IMG/VR virus record: IMGVR_UViG_3300044613_005025
Span: 1 to 54,965 of that record
From: a virus
Lineage: Duplodnaviria > Caudoviricetes
Reading direction: 5' to 3' (one strand)
DNA: 54,965 bases
The notes beneath the pieces were generated by a model, which saw only the letters and a program-made list of their open reading frames with translations, was not told the DNA's origin and did no database searches. A program made the position numbers and the translations under genes. Positions 18,723 through 27,726 of the stretch are shown here, one piece after another (positions within the stretch are counted from its first letter, which is position 1; the number at the start of each line of letters is the position of its first letter).

Positions 18723-19160
18723 TCAGACGCAACTGCTTTCACCTTGGCATTTCTTGCCGTCACAGCAGCATCCCCTAGTGCACTGCTGTGGTTGCGTACA
18801 CTGAGAAGGACATGCAAGCAAGCTCGTATATGGAATAGCTGGAACAATATCTTTGCCAACTTCTAAAACACGAGCAAGAACAACTCTTGTACCATTCTTA
18901 ATCCTCACTGCGACGTGTTCGCCTGGCACTTGAGAATTCTGCTCTTCAATAGCTGAAATGGACACAATACCCGATTCAGGAATTGCAAAAGCTTGTCCAT
19001 TTTGATCCATAAGATGAATTTCAGCATCCCCTCTGCTCACAAGACCTCCTGTAAGAGTTACCCCGCCAGCGAAATCGGACTGAGCAAGTGCCGCCTCTGT
19101 AATGCTAGAAAAATTCTTTAAGTCGAGCGTCCCAATAAAATCCTGGACCGAGCCTGTCAT
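18723..19160 (-). CDS. Hypothetical protein with Cys-rich C-terminus
   Basis: 145-aa AT-rich ORF ending CPSQCTQPQQCTRGCCCDGKKCQGESSCV. Confidence 0.65.
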   Translation of the reverse strand: MTGSVQDFIGTLDLKNFSSITEAALAQSDFAGGVTLTGGLVSRGDAEIHLMDQNGQAFAIPESGIVSISAIEEQNSQVPGEHVAVRIKNGTRVVLARVLEVGKDIVPAIPYTSLLACPSQCTQPQQCTRGCCCDGKKCQGESSCV

Positions 19161-19273
19161 TCGAGCTTGCCTTTATATTAAATCTCAACGTAAAATCAAA
19201 AAGCCCTGGCAAAGTGTCACCGTCACAGATCTTAATAAGAGTAGCGATATGGCTGAATACAGTGCGCTTAATT

Positions 19274-19324
19274 CTCCGACGCACTACAGGCTGTATCTCA
19301 GGCGCCTGCATGCGGTGGTCTGAA
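19274..19324 (-). other. Degenerate attC-like site
   Basis: Minus strand TTCAGAC-CACCG-CATGCAGG...GCCTG-TAGTGC-GTCGGAG; right arm appears about 3 nt short. Confidence 0.35.
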
Positions 19325-19509
19325 ATTGGAACGGTGAGCCCCTCTGCAACTTGTCATGATTTATATCTGAGTGTGGTTGTGCGGAACAAACCTCCTTGCG
19401 GTGGAATGGCTCTCACTCGTATCTGCCCCCTAAACGGATTCTAATAAGTTTTATCACAGATGCTCCGCCACCCGGCCGGAAAGATGATTGATTAACATGC
19501 TAAATACGA

Positions 19510-19863
19510 TTGCCAATGGGTAGTTCAGCCAAGGTACTTGCCTGTAAAGCATTCAAGGAAAAGCTTGCTAAAGGATTAGAAGATTTAGATTCATCTTGCT
19601 CATTCCTGAATGCCATTGATGCCACCACTTGGTCGATATTTATGTCTAACCTGCAATACAATGGGAACCAGCTAGTGCATGCAGATTGCACCCGCCTAGC
19701 CGAGAAACTTGACAGGGATCAGATTGCAGAAGTGCTTGCAAACTTTGGAGTGTCTGATGAACAGTTTGCTTCGTGGTACAATCACGCATGTATTCTGTTT
19801 GAGTGCGAAACCATTCCAGGTGTCTATTGCGATGCTCAAGGGTGCCGTTTGCCTGAATCATGA
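19510..19863 (+). CDS. Hypothetical protein with four C-terminal cysteines
   Basis: 117-aa AT-rich ORF ending HACILFECETIPGVYCDAQGC; start uncertain. Confidence 0.5.
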   Translation: MPMGSSAKVLACKAFKEKLAKGLEDLDSSCSFLNAIDATTWSIFMSNLQYNGNQLVHADCTRLAEKLDRDQIAEVLANFGVSDEQFASWYNHACILFECETIPGVYCDAQGCRLPES

Positions 19864-19884
19864 GTCAATGCATGGTCAATCAGT

Positions 19885-19920
19885 AACTGTGTTGAATTCG
19901 ACAACTGTGTTGAATTCGAC
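19885..19920. repeat. 18-bp tandem duplication
   Basis: AACTGTGTTGAATTCGAC twice, exact. Confidence 0.9.
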
Positions 19921-20152
19921 TCTTGCGGAGCCTTGCGTCTTGTCTTCACTAAACCATATCTTTACAGATCGGCTTCCTGGAATCTCCAAGAAGTAGAAGC
20001 CTACTCCTAAGCATTAAGTCAAGGCTATTCAGTCAGAGCACTCATTTTGCCCCTAGGGAATTTTAGAAGGGTTGCCTTGGCCGAAATTCTCGTTGGCTGC
20101 CGGCGCACCCAATCACGGCCTCTGGCAATGGCTTTGCCCCCACCAGCAGCCA

Positions 20153-21730
20153 ATGCCCACCACCCGCCGCCGCTGGACAACTACCCCCAGCAGCCCCTCC
20201 TCCCCACCAGCGCTGCAGCCCCAAGCACCGGCTGAGCCCCCCTGGCTGGAGCACCCCACCCTCTCCGGCCTGAGGGACCGCCTGCAGCTGGTCTACGACT
20301 GCTGGACCCTGCTGGATCTACCTGACGGCACCAGCCGCCGGCCGGTGCATCTGCCTCGGGGGATAGAAGAGCCCGAAACCTGCTACATCAAGCGGCTGGA
20401 AGCCGCCCGGCCCACAGGCTTCTACCGCGATGCCCTGCGCACCTATGCCGGGATGCTGTCGCGCCTGGCCTGGCAGGAGCTCCCCGACTCCCTGACCCGA
20501 GTGGCCACTGATGTCGATGGCCAGGGCACCGACTTGGGGGTGTTCCTGTTTCTGGCCGACCTGCTCACCCTGCGGGATGGCGGCTGCCTGATCCTGCAGC
20601 TGCCGCCCCAGCACCGCTGGCCCTCAGAAGGGGATCGGCTGGAGGCCCTCGCCAAGGGCGATCGACTCTCCTTCCCCCGCCTGCAGCTGGTGCCCCGGGG
20701 TGACCTGCTGAATTGGCGCCTGCCCACTGATGCCGCCACAGCTGCTCCGGCATCGGGCCCAGTGGAGATCGTCTGGCGAGAGCCTCGCCGCCAGGCCCTG
20801 CCGCCCCGCTTCTCCAGCGGCAATGCAGGCGTGCCCACGGTGGTGATCGACGCCCATGGCGGACTGGTGCCCGATCCACAGGTCTGGCTGTACCGCAGCC
20901 TGTCGGTCACCGATGACGGCCTGGTGCTGCGCAGCTGGCAGGCCAACCCCAACCCCGGTGCCGTCGATGGCTACGACGTGGTGCCGGTGGGTGAGCCTGA
21001 GCGGATGCCCCAGCGCTTTGACCTGCCGGCCCTCTGGTACTCGGTGGATGGCAGCGCCTTTGGCGAGGGCGATCTGCCCCACCTGGGCCTGGCGCACCAG
21101 TACCTCAACCACTACCGCTGTCGCAGCGAATACGAGGACCTCTTGTCGCGCACCGCCCTGCCGGTGGGTGTGCGCACCGGCCTGGTGGATGCCTACGGCT
21201 TCCGCCGCAGCGACGGTGCCCTGGGCACGGGTCCCGCCACCGGTGGAGCAGAGGGCCAGCGCCCCCAGCGGCTGGTGCTCTCCACCTCTTCGTTCATGGA
21301 CCTGCCCGAGGGCGCCACGTTCCAGTGGGTGGAGATCGAGGCCCGCTCGCTGGCGGAGCACCGGGCCTACTTGCAGCAGCTGGAGGAGGCCATGCGCCGC
21401 GATGCCCTGATCCCGGCCGGCGGCCATGGCCCGGCCCGCACCGAGCTCGAGATTTCCCTGACTGCCGGCCAGAGCTTTGCGGTGCTGCAGTCGCTGGCGG
21501 GCCAGAAGCGCTCGATGCTCAGCACCCTGCTGCAGCAATGGACCCGGCTCACCGGCGAGAAGCTCTCCGATGAACCGGCTTGCACGGTGGAGATCTGCCC
21601 GCTGGTCCCTCCGCAGCCAGCCCGCAAACCCGAGCCTTCAGTGCAGGAGTGGCTGCTGCTGCATGAGCGCGGGGTGATCGATGCGGCGGAGCTGCGGCAG
21701 CAGCTGGGGCTGGCGATCCCTGGCGACTGA
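20153..21730 (+). CDS. Portal protein (DUF4055-like)
   Basis: HLPRGIEEPETCY.KRL, DVDGQGTDL, LAHQYLNHY..RSEY, F.WVE motifs; position after the terminase. Confidence 0.8.
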   Translation: MPTTRRRWTTTPSSPSSPPALQPQAPAEPPWLEHPTLSGLRDRLQLVYDCWTLLDLPDGTSRRPVHLPRGIEEPETCYIKRLEAARPTGFYRDALRTYAGMLSRLAWQELPDSLTRVATDVDGQGTDLGVFLFLADLLTLRDGGCLILQLPPQHRWPSEGDRLEALAKGDRLSFPRLQLVPRGDLLNWRLPTDAATAAPASGPVEIVWREPRRQALPPRFSSGNAGVPTVVIDAHGGLVPDPQVWLYRSLSVTDDGLVLRSWQANPNPGAVDGYDVVPVGEPERMPQRFDLPALWYSVDGSAFGEGDLPHLGLAHQYLNHYRCRSEYEDLLSRTALPVGVRTGLVDAYGFRRSDGALGTGPATGGAEGQRPQRLVLSTSSFMDLPEGATFQWVEIEARSLAEHRAYLQQLEEAMRRDALIPAGGHGPARTELEISLTAGQSFAVLQSLAGQKRSMLSTLLQQWTRLTGEKLSDEPACTVEICPLVPPQPARKPEPSVQEWLLLHERGVIDAAELRQQLGLAIPGD

Positions 21731-21746
21731 ACTGGCAAGGGTGGAC

Positions 21747-22244
21747 ATGACCCAGTCCTCCCCACCCACCTGCAGCTGGCGCCCCGGTGACAGCGAGACG
21801 CTGCGCATCGCCCTGTCTATCCCCGTCACCAGTGCTGCCCTGGCGGCGCTGAACCGAGAGATGTCCCAGCTGCAGACCCACTACCCCACCGGGGTGTGCA
21901 CGGCCCAGCGGCACCTCGACGCCATCGCCGAGCTGGATCAGCAGCTGGCGGCCCTGACGCCAGCCGATCTGAACACCCCGGTGCGCAGCAGCCGCAAGGG
22001 CGTGGCCGGTGGCGTGGTGCCCAACCCGCTGCCGCTGAGCAAGTTGGCGGTAGTCGAGTACGCCACCGAGCTGCTGCTGGAGGAAACCGAAAGCCAGTGG
22101 GATCCCAATGCCCCGTCACCAGCGGTGGTGCTTGGGAGGCAGCGCAGCCAGCGCATCGGCCAGCTGGCGCTGCTGTTGCCAAGACTGCAGAACTGGCGCC
22201 AGTGCAACCCCGACCCCTTCCGGGGATCACTGGTTCGGGGCTGA
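21747..22244 (+). CDS. Hypothetical virion protein (possible head completion/adaptor)
   Basis: 165-aa mostly helical ORF directly after the portal; function inferred from position only. Confidence 0.55.
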   Translation: MTQSSPPTCSWRPGDSETLRIALSIPVTSAALAALNREMSQLQTHYPTGVCTAQRHLDAIAELDQQLAALTPADLNTPVRSSRKGVAGGVVPNPLPLSKLAVVEYATELLLEETESQWDPNAPSPAVVLGRQRSQRIGQLALLLPRLQNWRQCNPDPFRGSLVRG

Positions 22245-22247
22245 GGA

Positions 22248-23417
22248 ATGGAACAACCTCTGTCGCCGCTGAACCAAGGCCTCAACCCCCTACGCGCTGC
22301 TCCGCTGTGGGGGCAAATGGTTGCGTTGCCTACAGCCACCCTGGCGATCGACAGCCGGCTGGCCCAGCCTGTATCTGCTCCCCTGTGGATGGCGCTGCAG
22401 CCCTACGCCAACGCTCGCCTCTGCCTCTTTGAAGTCGACCGGCCCGAAAGCCGCAACCCCGTGCCGATTCGCCGGCACGTGATCGACTGCTTTCTGGAGC
22501 AGAGCGGCATCGTGAGCGGCTACAACGACACCGCCCTCACCGACCCGGGCGACGTGCTGCTGCGGGGCTACCTCTGCCGGGCGGCGATCCTGCCGGTGAG
22601 CACCAACAACACCTTCGACTGGCTGGCGGCCGAGCTGGACTGGGCCACCCCCGGCTTCCGCGAGGAGGCACCACTGCCCTGGGATCCAACGCTGCTGGGC
22701 ACGGTGCAGGCCCCCTGCCAGGGGGTGATGTGGCTGGGGGATCTGGCGTTGCTGCAACCGGAGGGGCGACTGCCATCAGGAGGGCGGGCCCAGTTCGCCG
22801 GCTGCCAGGTGATGCACTTCGGGGCGGATTACGGCCCCGGCGGTATCGGGCTGCTGCTGCAGCCGCTGCTGGGGGAAGCGACCCAGCTGGTGCTCAGGCC
22901 CCACAGCGTGCTGGTGCTCCGCACTGGGGACACGTTGAACCTGATCGCCGAGGGCTACGGCACCACCGTGGCCACCCTGCGGCGGATCAACCCCCAGCTG
23001 GAGAGCACCCAGACGATCACTGCCGTCGAGGGTGATTCGCTGGCTGTGCTGGCCGGGCGGCATGGAACCACGGAAAGCAAGCTGCGCAGCCTCAACCCGG
23101 TGCTGCAGCAGAGCGAGACCTACATCACCTCCGAAGGCGACACGCTCAGCAGCGTGGCGACCGAGCAGAACTTCAGCCTCTCTCTGCTGCGCCAGTTCAA
23201 CCCGGAGCTGAGCAGCTGGCCCAGCGAGGAACCGCTGCCGGCTGGCACCGCCCTGCAGCTGCCCGTCTACCGCTCCACCACTTCCATCCCGGCGGGGATG
23301 CAGTTGCTGGTACCTGGCTACACGCCCTCGACGCCGCTGCCGACGGGGGAGTGGATCTACCTGCCGGCCCGGCGCTCTGCTCCCGTGCTGGATGAGCTGC
23401 CTGAGCAGGGCTTTTGA
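22248..23417 (+). CDS. LysM-repeat protein
   Basis: Three LysM repeats: GDTLNLIAEGYGTT..TLRRINP, GDSLAVLAGRHGTT..KLRSLNP, GDTLSSVA....LLRQFNP. Confidence 0.85.
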   Translation: MEQPLSPLNQGLNPLRAAPLWGQMVALPTATLAIDSRLAQPVSAPLWMALQPYANARLCLFEVDRPESRNPVPIRRHVIDCFLEQSGIVSGYNDTALTDPGDVLLRGYLCRAAILPVSTNNTFDWLAAELDWATPGFREEAPLPWDPTLLGTVQAPCQGVMWLGDLALLQPEGRLPSGGRAQFAGCQVMHFGADYGPGGIGLLLQPLLGEATQLVLRPHSVLVLRTGDTLNLIAEGYGTTVATLRRINPQLESTQTITAVEGDSLAVLAGRHGTTESKLRSLNPVLQQSETYITSEGDTLSSVATEQNFSLSLLRQFNPELSSWPSEEPLPAGTALQLPVYRSTTSIPAGMQLLVPGYTPSTPLPTGEWIYLPARRSAPVLDELPEQGF

Positions 23418-23483
23418 GGAGCTGGCAACAGGGAGAGCGAGCGCAGCCCGGACGGGGCGCCCGCAGCACCACAGCCGTGATGG

Positions 23484-24440
23484 GTGATGCCCTCTTCCTT
23501 CTTCTCTGACTTCAGCCGCACCAGCAGCGGCACCAAACCAGACCTTATTGCTCCTGCCGCTCCGTGGCAGGTCTACCGCCAGCACCAGCAGCAGCCCAAC
23601 CAGGGCCCTGCTGGTTCCACTGCTGCACCAGCCGCTGACCTCGCCCCTCTCGACGAGGACGATGACGATGCCAGCAGCCTGGACGGCGGCTCCGGTGACG
23701 ACAGCTTTGACGCTGCGTCGACCCTCGACTCCAGCCCCGGCAGCGGCGACCACGACGATCCCCCCGCTGCCGCCACCAGCACTGCTGATCCCCTGCGCGC
23801 CGAGCGCCGCCGCAGCAACCAGCTCGAAAAAGAACTGCGCAAGGCCCGAGCCCAGCTGTCGCGCTTCTCCGAGATCAACCCGGACGAGTACGCCCGCCTG
23901 CAGGACGCAGAGCGCAAGCGCGAGGAGTTCGAACGCCAGGTGGGCGAGCGCGAGCGTCAGCTCAATGAGGCCAACCTGCGCCGCGTGCGCAGCGTCGAAA
24001 AGGAACGGGACGAGGCCCGCTGTCAGGTGCAGAACCTGCGCAAGGAGCGCTTGATGGAGCGCCTCTTCTCAGAAGCAGAAGGCCGTGTGGGCGGTGATGA
24101 ACGGGGGACGTTCTTTGACACCTTCGTGACGCTGTGCGGCGGCCACTTCCAGCTGGGGGAGGTGGACGGCCGCGAGCGGCTGCTGCCGGTAGACGGCAAG
24201 GGCCAACCCCTCACCGCCGATGGCGTGGCCCTGAGCGATGGCGACTACATGGAGGAGTTGCGCCGCCACCCGGTGTACAGCTTCCTGTTCCAGCAGCGCA
24301 GCGGCCTCTATTCGGCTGCTGTGCCTGAAACGGGCCATGAGCACGGTGGAGCGGTGAATCTGCAGACCCTGAGTACGGCCGAGCTGTATCTGGAGGCGGT
24401 GAAGGGCACCACTCCCAGGGCGGCTGCACCGCGGCGCTGA
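23484..24440 (+). CDS. Probable capsid scaffolding protein
   Basis: Acidic disordered N-terminus, long coiled coil, typical size; inferred. Confidence 0.6.
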   Translation: MMPSSFFSDFSRTSSGTKPDLIAPAAPWQVYRQHQQQPNQGPAGSTAAPAADLAPLDEDDDDASSLDGGSGDDSFDAASTLDSSPGSGDHDDPPAAATSTADPLRAERRRSNQLEKELRKARAQLSRFSEINPDEYARLQDAERKREEFERQVGERERQLNEANLRRVRSVEKERDEARCQVQNLRKERLMERLFSEAEGRVGGDERGTFFDTFVTLCGGHFQLGEVDGRERLLPVDGKGQPLTADGVALSDGDYMEELRRHPVYSFLFQQRSGLYSAAVPETGHEHGGAVNLQTLSTAELYLEAVKGTTPRAAAPRR

Positions 24441-24460
24441 TCACCGAAGGAGCTGAGGGA

Positions 24461-24748
24461 ATGGCCTGGTATCTGGTGTTCTGGCGCCACCGATCCACCG
24501 CCACGGTGGTGCCGGCCGCCAGCGCCAGCCAGGCCCGCTCTCGCGCCCAGCGCAAGCAGAAGAAGGGCTATGGGTCGACCGTCGCAGCCCGCCGCGCCAA
24601 TTCAGAGGACTCTCGTCTGATTCGCCGCGGCGTCTGGGTGCGGCGGCGGCGCGATGGCAGCACCCCCCAGTTCGGCAGTACTCGATCCAAAGCCAGGGCC
24701 AGGCGGCAGCACAGCCGCTATCGGCGGTGGCTAGGTGCACGTGGTTAA
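24461..24748 (+). CDS. Small, very Arg-rich basic protein
   Basis: 95 aa, AAGGAG/GAGGGG RBS, almost no acidic residues. Confidence 0.65.
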   Translation: MAWYLVFWRHRSTATVVPAASASQARSRAQRKQKKGYGSTVAARRANSEDSRLIRRGVWVRRRRDGSTPQFGSTRSKARARRQHSRYRRWLGARG

Positions 24749-24871
24749 CCCAGCCATCAATCAGCAGGACGTCATGCAGCAAGCCGATCTGTAACAGCAG
24801 TGGAATGGCTCTGGCACCGGCAGCGCTGCTCCGCTTTGCTGCGGCCCAGCGCTTCCTGCCGCTGTCCCGCC

Positions 24872-25066
24872 ATGCCCATGTCCGCCGCCCCAGAGGCCAG
24901 CGACTACGTGCTTCTTCATCGGGATACCGGCTCAGCGCTCTACACAACCCGCGCGACGGAGCAGGAAATCCATCGCGCCAATTCCAGCCTCAGCAGAGCC
25001 GGCCAGCGTTCGCGGTTTGTGGCCGCCAGATATCTCATGCACCACAACCCAGGCCAGGAGAGCTGA
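24872..25066 (+). CDS. Hypothetical protein
   Basis: 64-aa ORF (DYVLLHRDTG..LYTTRAT..EI..AN). Confidence 0.5.
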   Translation: MPMSAAPEASDYVLLHRDTGSALYTTRATEQEIHRANSSLSRAGQRSRFVAARYLMHHNPGQES

Positions 25067-25180
25067 GGACAGCGGCGGCTGCCTGCTCTTCCACTCGCCT
25101 GCTCACGGGTTCCATGAGCTTTCCCTGCATGAGGATGAAGGCCCGGCCACCAACCGGCAGCCGGGCCTGAACCCCCAGGC

Positions 25181-25399
25181 TCAGCAGACCGAGACGGTGC
25201 AGCCGGGGGTGCCCTGCAGCTTGCGGGCAAAGGCGAATGCCTTCTCAGCGGGGATCAGCCGCATCTTTTTGACGGGTTTGCCGCGACGGCCCAAGAACTC
25301 GACCTCACAGGGAGTGGTGCCGAGCTTCTGGACGCCGGGCTGATAGCGGTGAACCACAAGCAGGCGGACTTCGCAGACGGGGCCTTGGGGAATGGCCAT
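25181..25399 (-). CDS. Hypothetical 72-aa protein (apparent paralog of 48899-49111)
   Basis: VRLLVVH...VEFLGRRG...IPAEKAFAFA; preceded by a hairpin element. Confidence 0.65.
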   Translation of the reverse strand: MAIPQGPVCEVRLLVVHRYQPGVQKLGTTPCEVEFLGRRGKPVKKMRLIPAEKAFAFARKLQGTPGCTVSVC

Positions 25400-25445
25400 G
25401 GCTGGGATGGAGCGGAGAACACCGACCAGACGCCCCGCAGGTGAG

Positions 25446-25494
25446 CACTGGCCAGGGGCGAGCACCGCGAGCCTTGCGTCAGCCCTGACCAGTG
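25446..25494. repeat. Dispersed hairpin element, copy 1
   Basis: CACTGGCCAGGG...GCGTCAG-CCCTGACCAGTG. Confidence 0.6.
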
Positions 25495-25673
25495 GGAGCC
25501 GCAGGGGCATGCTGCGGAGGGGTTTCGCGCCGCCCGGCCAGCCAGCCCCCAGTGGCAACGGTGCAAGTGCCGTGCTGGACTCCCACCGCGCCCGAGCAGT
25601 GGAGCTGCTCCACCAACCCTGGGATCGAGGGACAGGCAAGGGGGCCGCAGCTGCAGCCCCCAACCCATGGCGC

Positions 25674-25997
25674 TCAGACCATCTGCAGCTTCTGCTCAGA
25701 CAGTGACTGGCGCTGGAGCTCGAGCTCACAGCGCTGCATCAGCTCTTGCTGGGCCAAGAGCCGCTCATCCAGCTCATCAATGCGTGCCAGACACTGCTGG
25801 ATTGCCGGGATCACCTCCTCCTCCAGCAGAGTGATCTCCTCTTCTCCATAGGGCTGCTCGATCCAGGTGCGGCGCAGCGGCAGCCCACGACGACGCAGCA
25901 GGATCTCCTCCACCGAGCGCAGCGTGGATTCGAGCAGCAGGAATGGATCTTCCTCAGACCGGCAGAACGGTGAGGCAGCAGATGAGAGCGTGGCCAT
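25674..25997 (-). CDS. Hypothetical helical protein
   Basis: 107-aa ORF with host-like codon usage. Confidence 0.65.
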   Translation of the reverse strand: MATLSSAASPFCRSEEDPFLLLESTLRSVEEILLRRRGLPLRRTWIEQPYGEEEITLLEEEVIPAIQQCLARIDELDERLLAQQELMQRCELELQRQSLSEQKLQMV

Positions 25998-26111
25998 GGT
26001 GATCGGCGCCAAGAGCGGCGCAGCGACGGGACCGATCCCAGAGGAGGCCCGACGTCAGGCGGGCCTCAGACTGGAGAGGCCCGGAGCAAGCCCTCCTCCC
26101 GCTCCCAGGCG

Positions 26112-26378
26112 TTACCGGTCCATCCGCGACAGTGCTGCTCCACCCAGCAGCGCCAGTAGCAACTTGAGGGTGGAGTCAAAGCCGCCCTGCAACTGCTCCA
26201 GCGTGCCGGGGCAGATCTGGCCGATCGATCGCCCCTCCAACGCCCGCTGGCCGCAGACCCCAGCGGCGAGGGAATAGATCAGCAGCTGGGTGCCGATCAC
26301 CACCGCCAGGATCTTGAAGACGAACCGCTCACGGTCGAACGGTGGCTTTGGCGGTCGGGGTACTGGGTTGGCTTGCAT
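26112..26378 (-). CDS. Two-TM holin-like membrane protein
   Basis: Two hydrophobic segments, GGAGGAG RBS, directly downstream of the YkuD gene. Confidence 0.55.
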   Translation of the reverse strand: MQANPVPRPPKPPFDRERFVFKILAVVIGTQLLIYSLAAGVCGQRALEGRSIGQICPGTLEQLQGGFDSTLKLLLALLGGAALSRMDR

Positions 26379-26430
26379 CGCTGCTCCTCCCTTGATCAGG
26401 CCCCAGCTGCTGGCAGCACCAGCTCCGGCG

Positions 26431-27174
26431 TCACTTTTTTTCCTGGAACACCCCCACGTACACCGTGCCCTGGCGGTACAGCGGCAGCACCTTGTCGCGC
26501 AGGTCAGCGTTGTGCAGGCGGAGGCAACCCAAGGTGGGATGCAGAGGCTGCTGCGGTGCCCAGGCCATCGGCCAGCCGCAGGCCGAGCCGCCGCCGTGGA
26601 GCATGATCCCGGCCCGGCCGACGGCCACCTCCTGGCCCTCCAGTTCCTCCATGTCAAAGGAGTACCAGCCGTAGGCCATGGCTGTGTCGGAGCAGGGCGG
26701 GTTGGGGTTCTGCTCGTAGTCCGCGTAGAGCTGCCCCAGTCGGTAGAGCCCCGGCGGGGTGTCGGTGCTGTTCTGGGTCCAGTCGGTGTCGCTCCCCTGG
26801 CCGCGGGCCAGGCAGGGGATCTTCCAGAGGAGCTGGCCGCTGTGGTCGTAGGCCTCCATGTCCTCATCCCGGTCGTTCACCAGCAGGTAGGAATCCCCGG
26901 GCTGGACGGGTGCTGCCAGCTGCGGGCCGGCCATGCCGGCTTCCTCTGAACCACGGGGATCGAGGCCGCCGCTGGGGACTGCTGGTGCCGGGGGCGCAGC
27001 GGGTTTCTGGCTGAAAGTGAGCGCCCAGGGGGCCTGTTCATCGAGGACGGCCTCGCTGCCGGGCAGTGCAGCGATCGCGGCATGGAGGGTCCAGACGCCG
27101 GAGACCTGCTGGGGTTCACCGCGGAAGGCTTCAAAGCGGTCCAGGAACCGCTCGGGGGTCATGGGGCTGGCCAT
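26431..27174 (-). CDS. L,D-transpeptidase (YkuD) domain protein, candidate endolysin
   Basis: DTPPGLY, IMLHGGG...TLGCLRL catalytic His/Cys motif. Confidence 0.85.
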   Translation of the reverse strand: MASPMTPERFLDRFEAFRGEPQQVSGVWTLHAAIAALPGSEAVLDEQAPWALTFSQKPAAPPAPAVPSGGLDPRGSEEAGMAGPQLAAPVQPGDSYLLVNDRDEDMEAYDHSGQLLWKIPCLARGQGSDTDWTQNSTDTPPGLYRLGQLYADYEQNPNPPCSDTAMAYGWYSFDMEELEGQEVAVGRAGIMLHGGGSACGWPMAWAPQQPLHPTLGCLRLHNADLRDKVLPLYRQGTVYVGVFQEKK

Positions 27175-27270
27175 GGGTGTGGTGCTGCTGAGCCCTGTTG
27201 CCAGTCCCGGCTTGGGGCCGCCGGCTGCGGGCACAAAGAGAGCGCCCCAGCCGCAGCCGGGGCCGCCCCC

Positions 27271-27471
27271 TTAGAAGGGCAGCTCGCTCTCGGGGCACCA
27301 GACGGGCACCGAAGCTGGCGTGGCCACCTGGCGATCGAAGAGCAGATCAGCGCAGAGCCGCTCAAGCCGCTCAAGAGGAGCCGGGCGGTGGGCCGATGCC
27401 TCCTCGCACAGGCACTCCAGGGTGCGGGAGCTCAGGAGCTGGAAGGCGCGGATCCGGGATGCGGAAGCCAT
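27271..27471 (-). CDS. Hypothetical 66-aa protein
   Basis: Ends ELPF; preceded by the same leader and hairpin as other minus-strand genes. Confidence 0.5.
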   Translation of the reverse strand: MASASRIRAFQLLSSRTLECLCEEASAHRPAPLERLERLCADLLFDRQVATPASVPVWCPESELPF

Positions 27472-27500
27472 GGCAGGCGTAGCGGAGACCCCGAAGCAGG

Positions 27501-27597
27501 CCGGGCGGGGTCAAGGGGCAGCCCCCTCTGCAATGCGGAGCGCAGCGAAGCCAACGCACCAGTCCGGCTGACTCGCGCAGCCCTTGAGGCCGCCCGG
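27501..27597. repeat. Dispersed hairpin element, copy 2
   Basis: CCGGGCGG-GG-TCAAGGG...GACTCGCGCAG-CCCTTGA-GG-CCGCCCGG. Confidence 0.65.
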
Positions 27598-27726
27598 ACC
27601 ATGAGGAGGGCTGCGCGTAGCCGATCCACCAGGAGCTGGGCCACCACGGTTCTTTCTCCTCGGTGGTTGGGGCGTGGGGACACCTGGCAACAGCTGCTGT
27701 TGTCACTGGGGCCAGGCCCCGGGAGC

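Noticed and set aside
27082-27726. Long N-terminal extension of the capsid ORF (likewise TerL from 14819 and BRO from 6018)
   Set aside because: Overlaps other genes and hairpins; RBS and family motifs point to downstream starts
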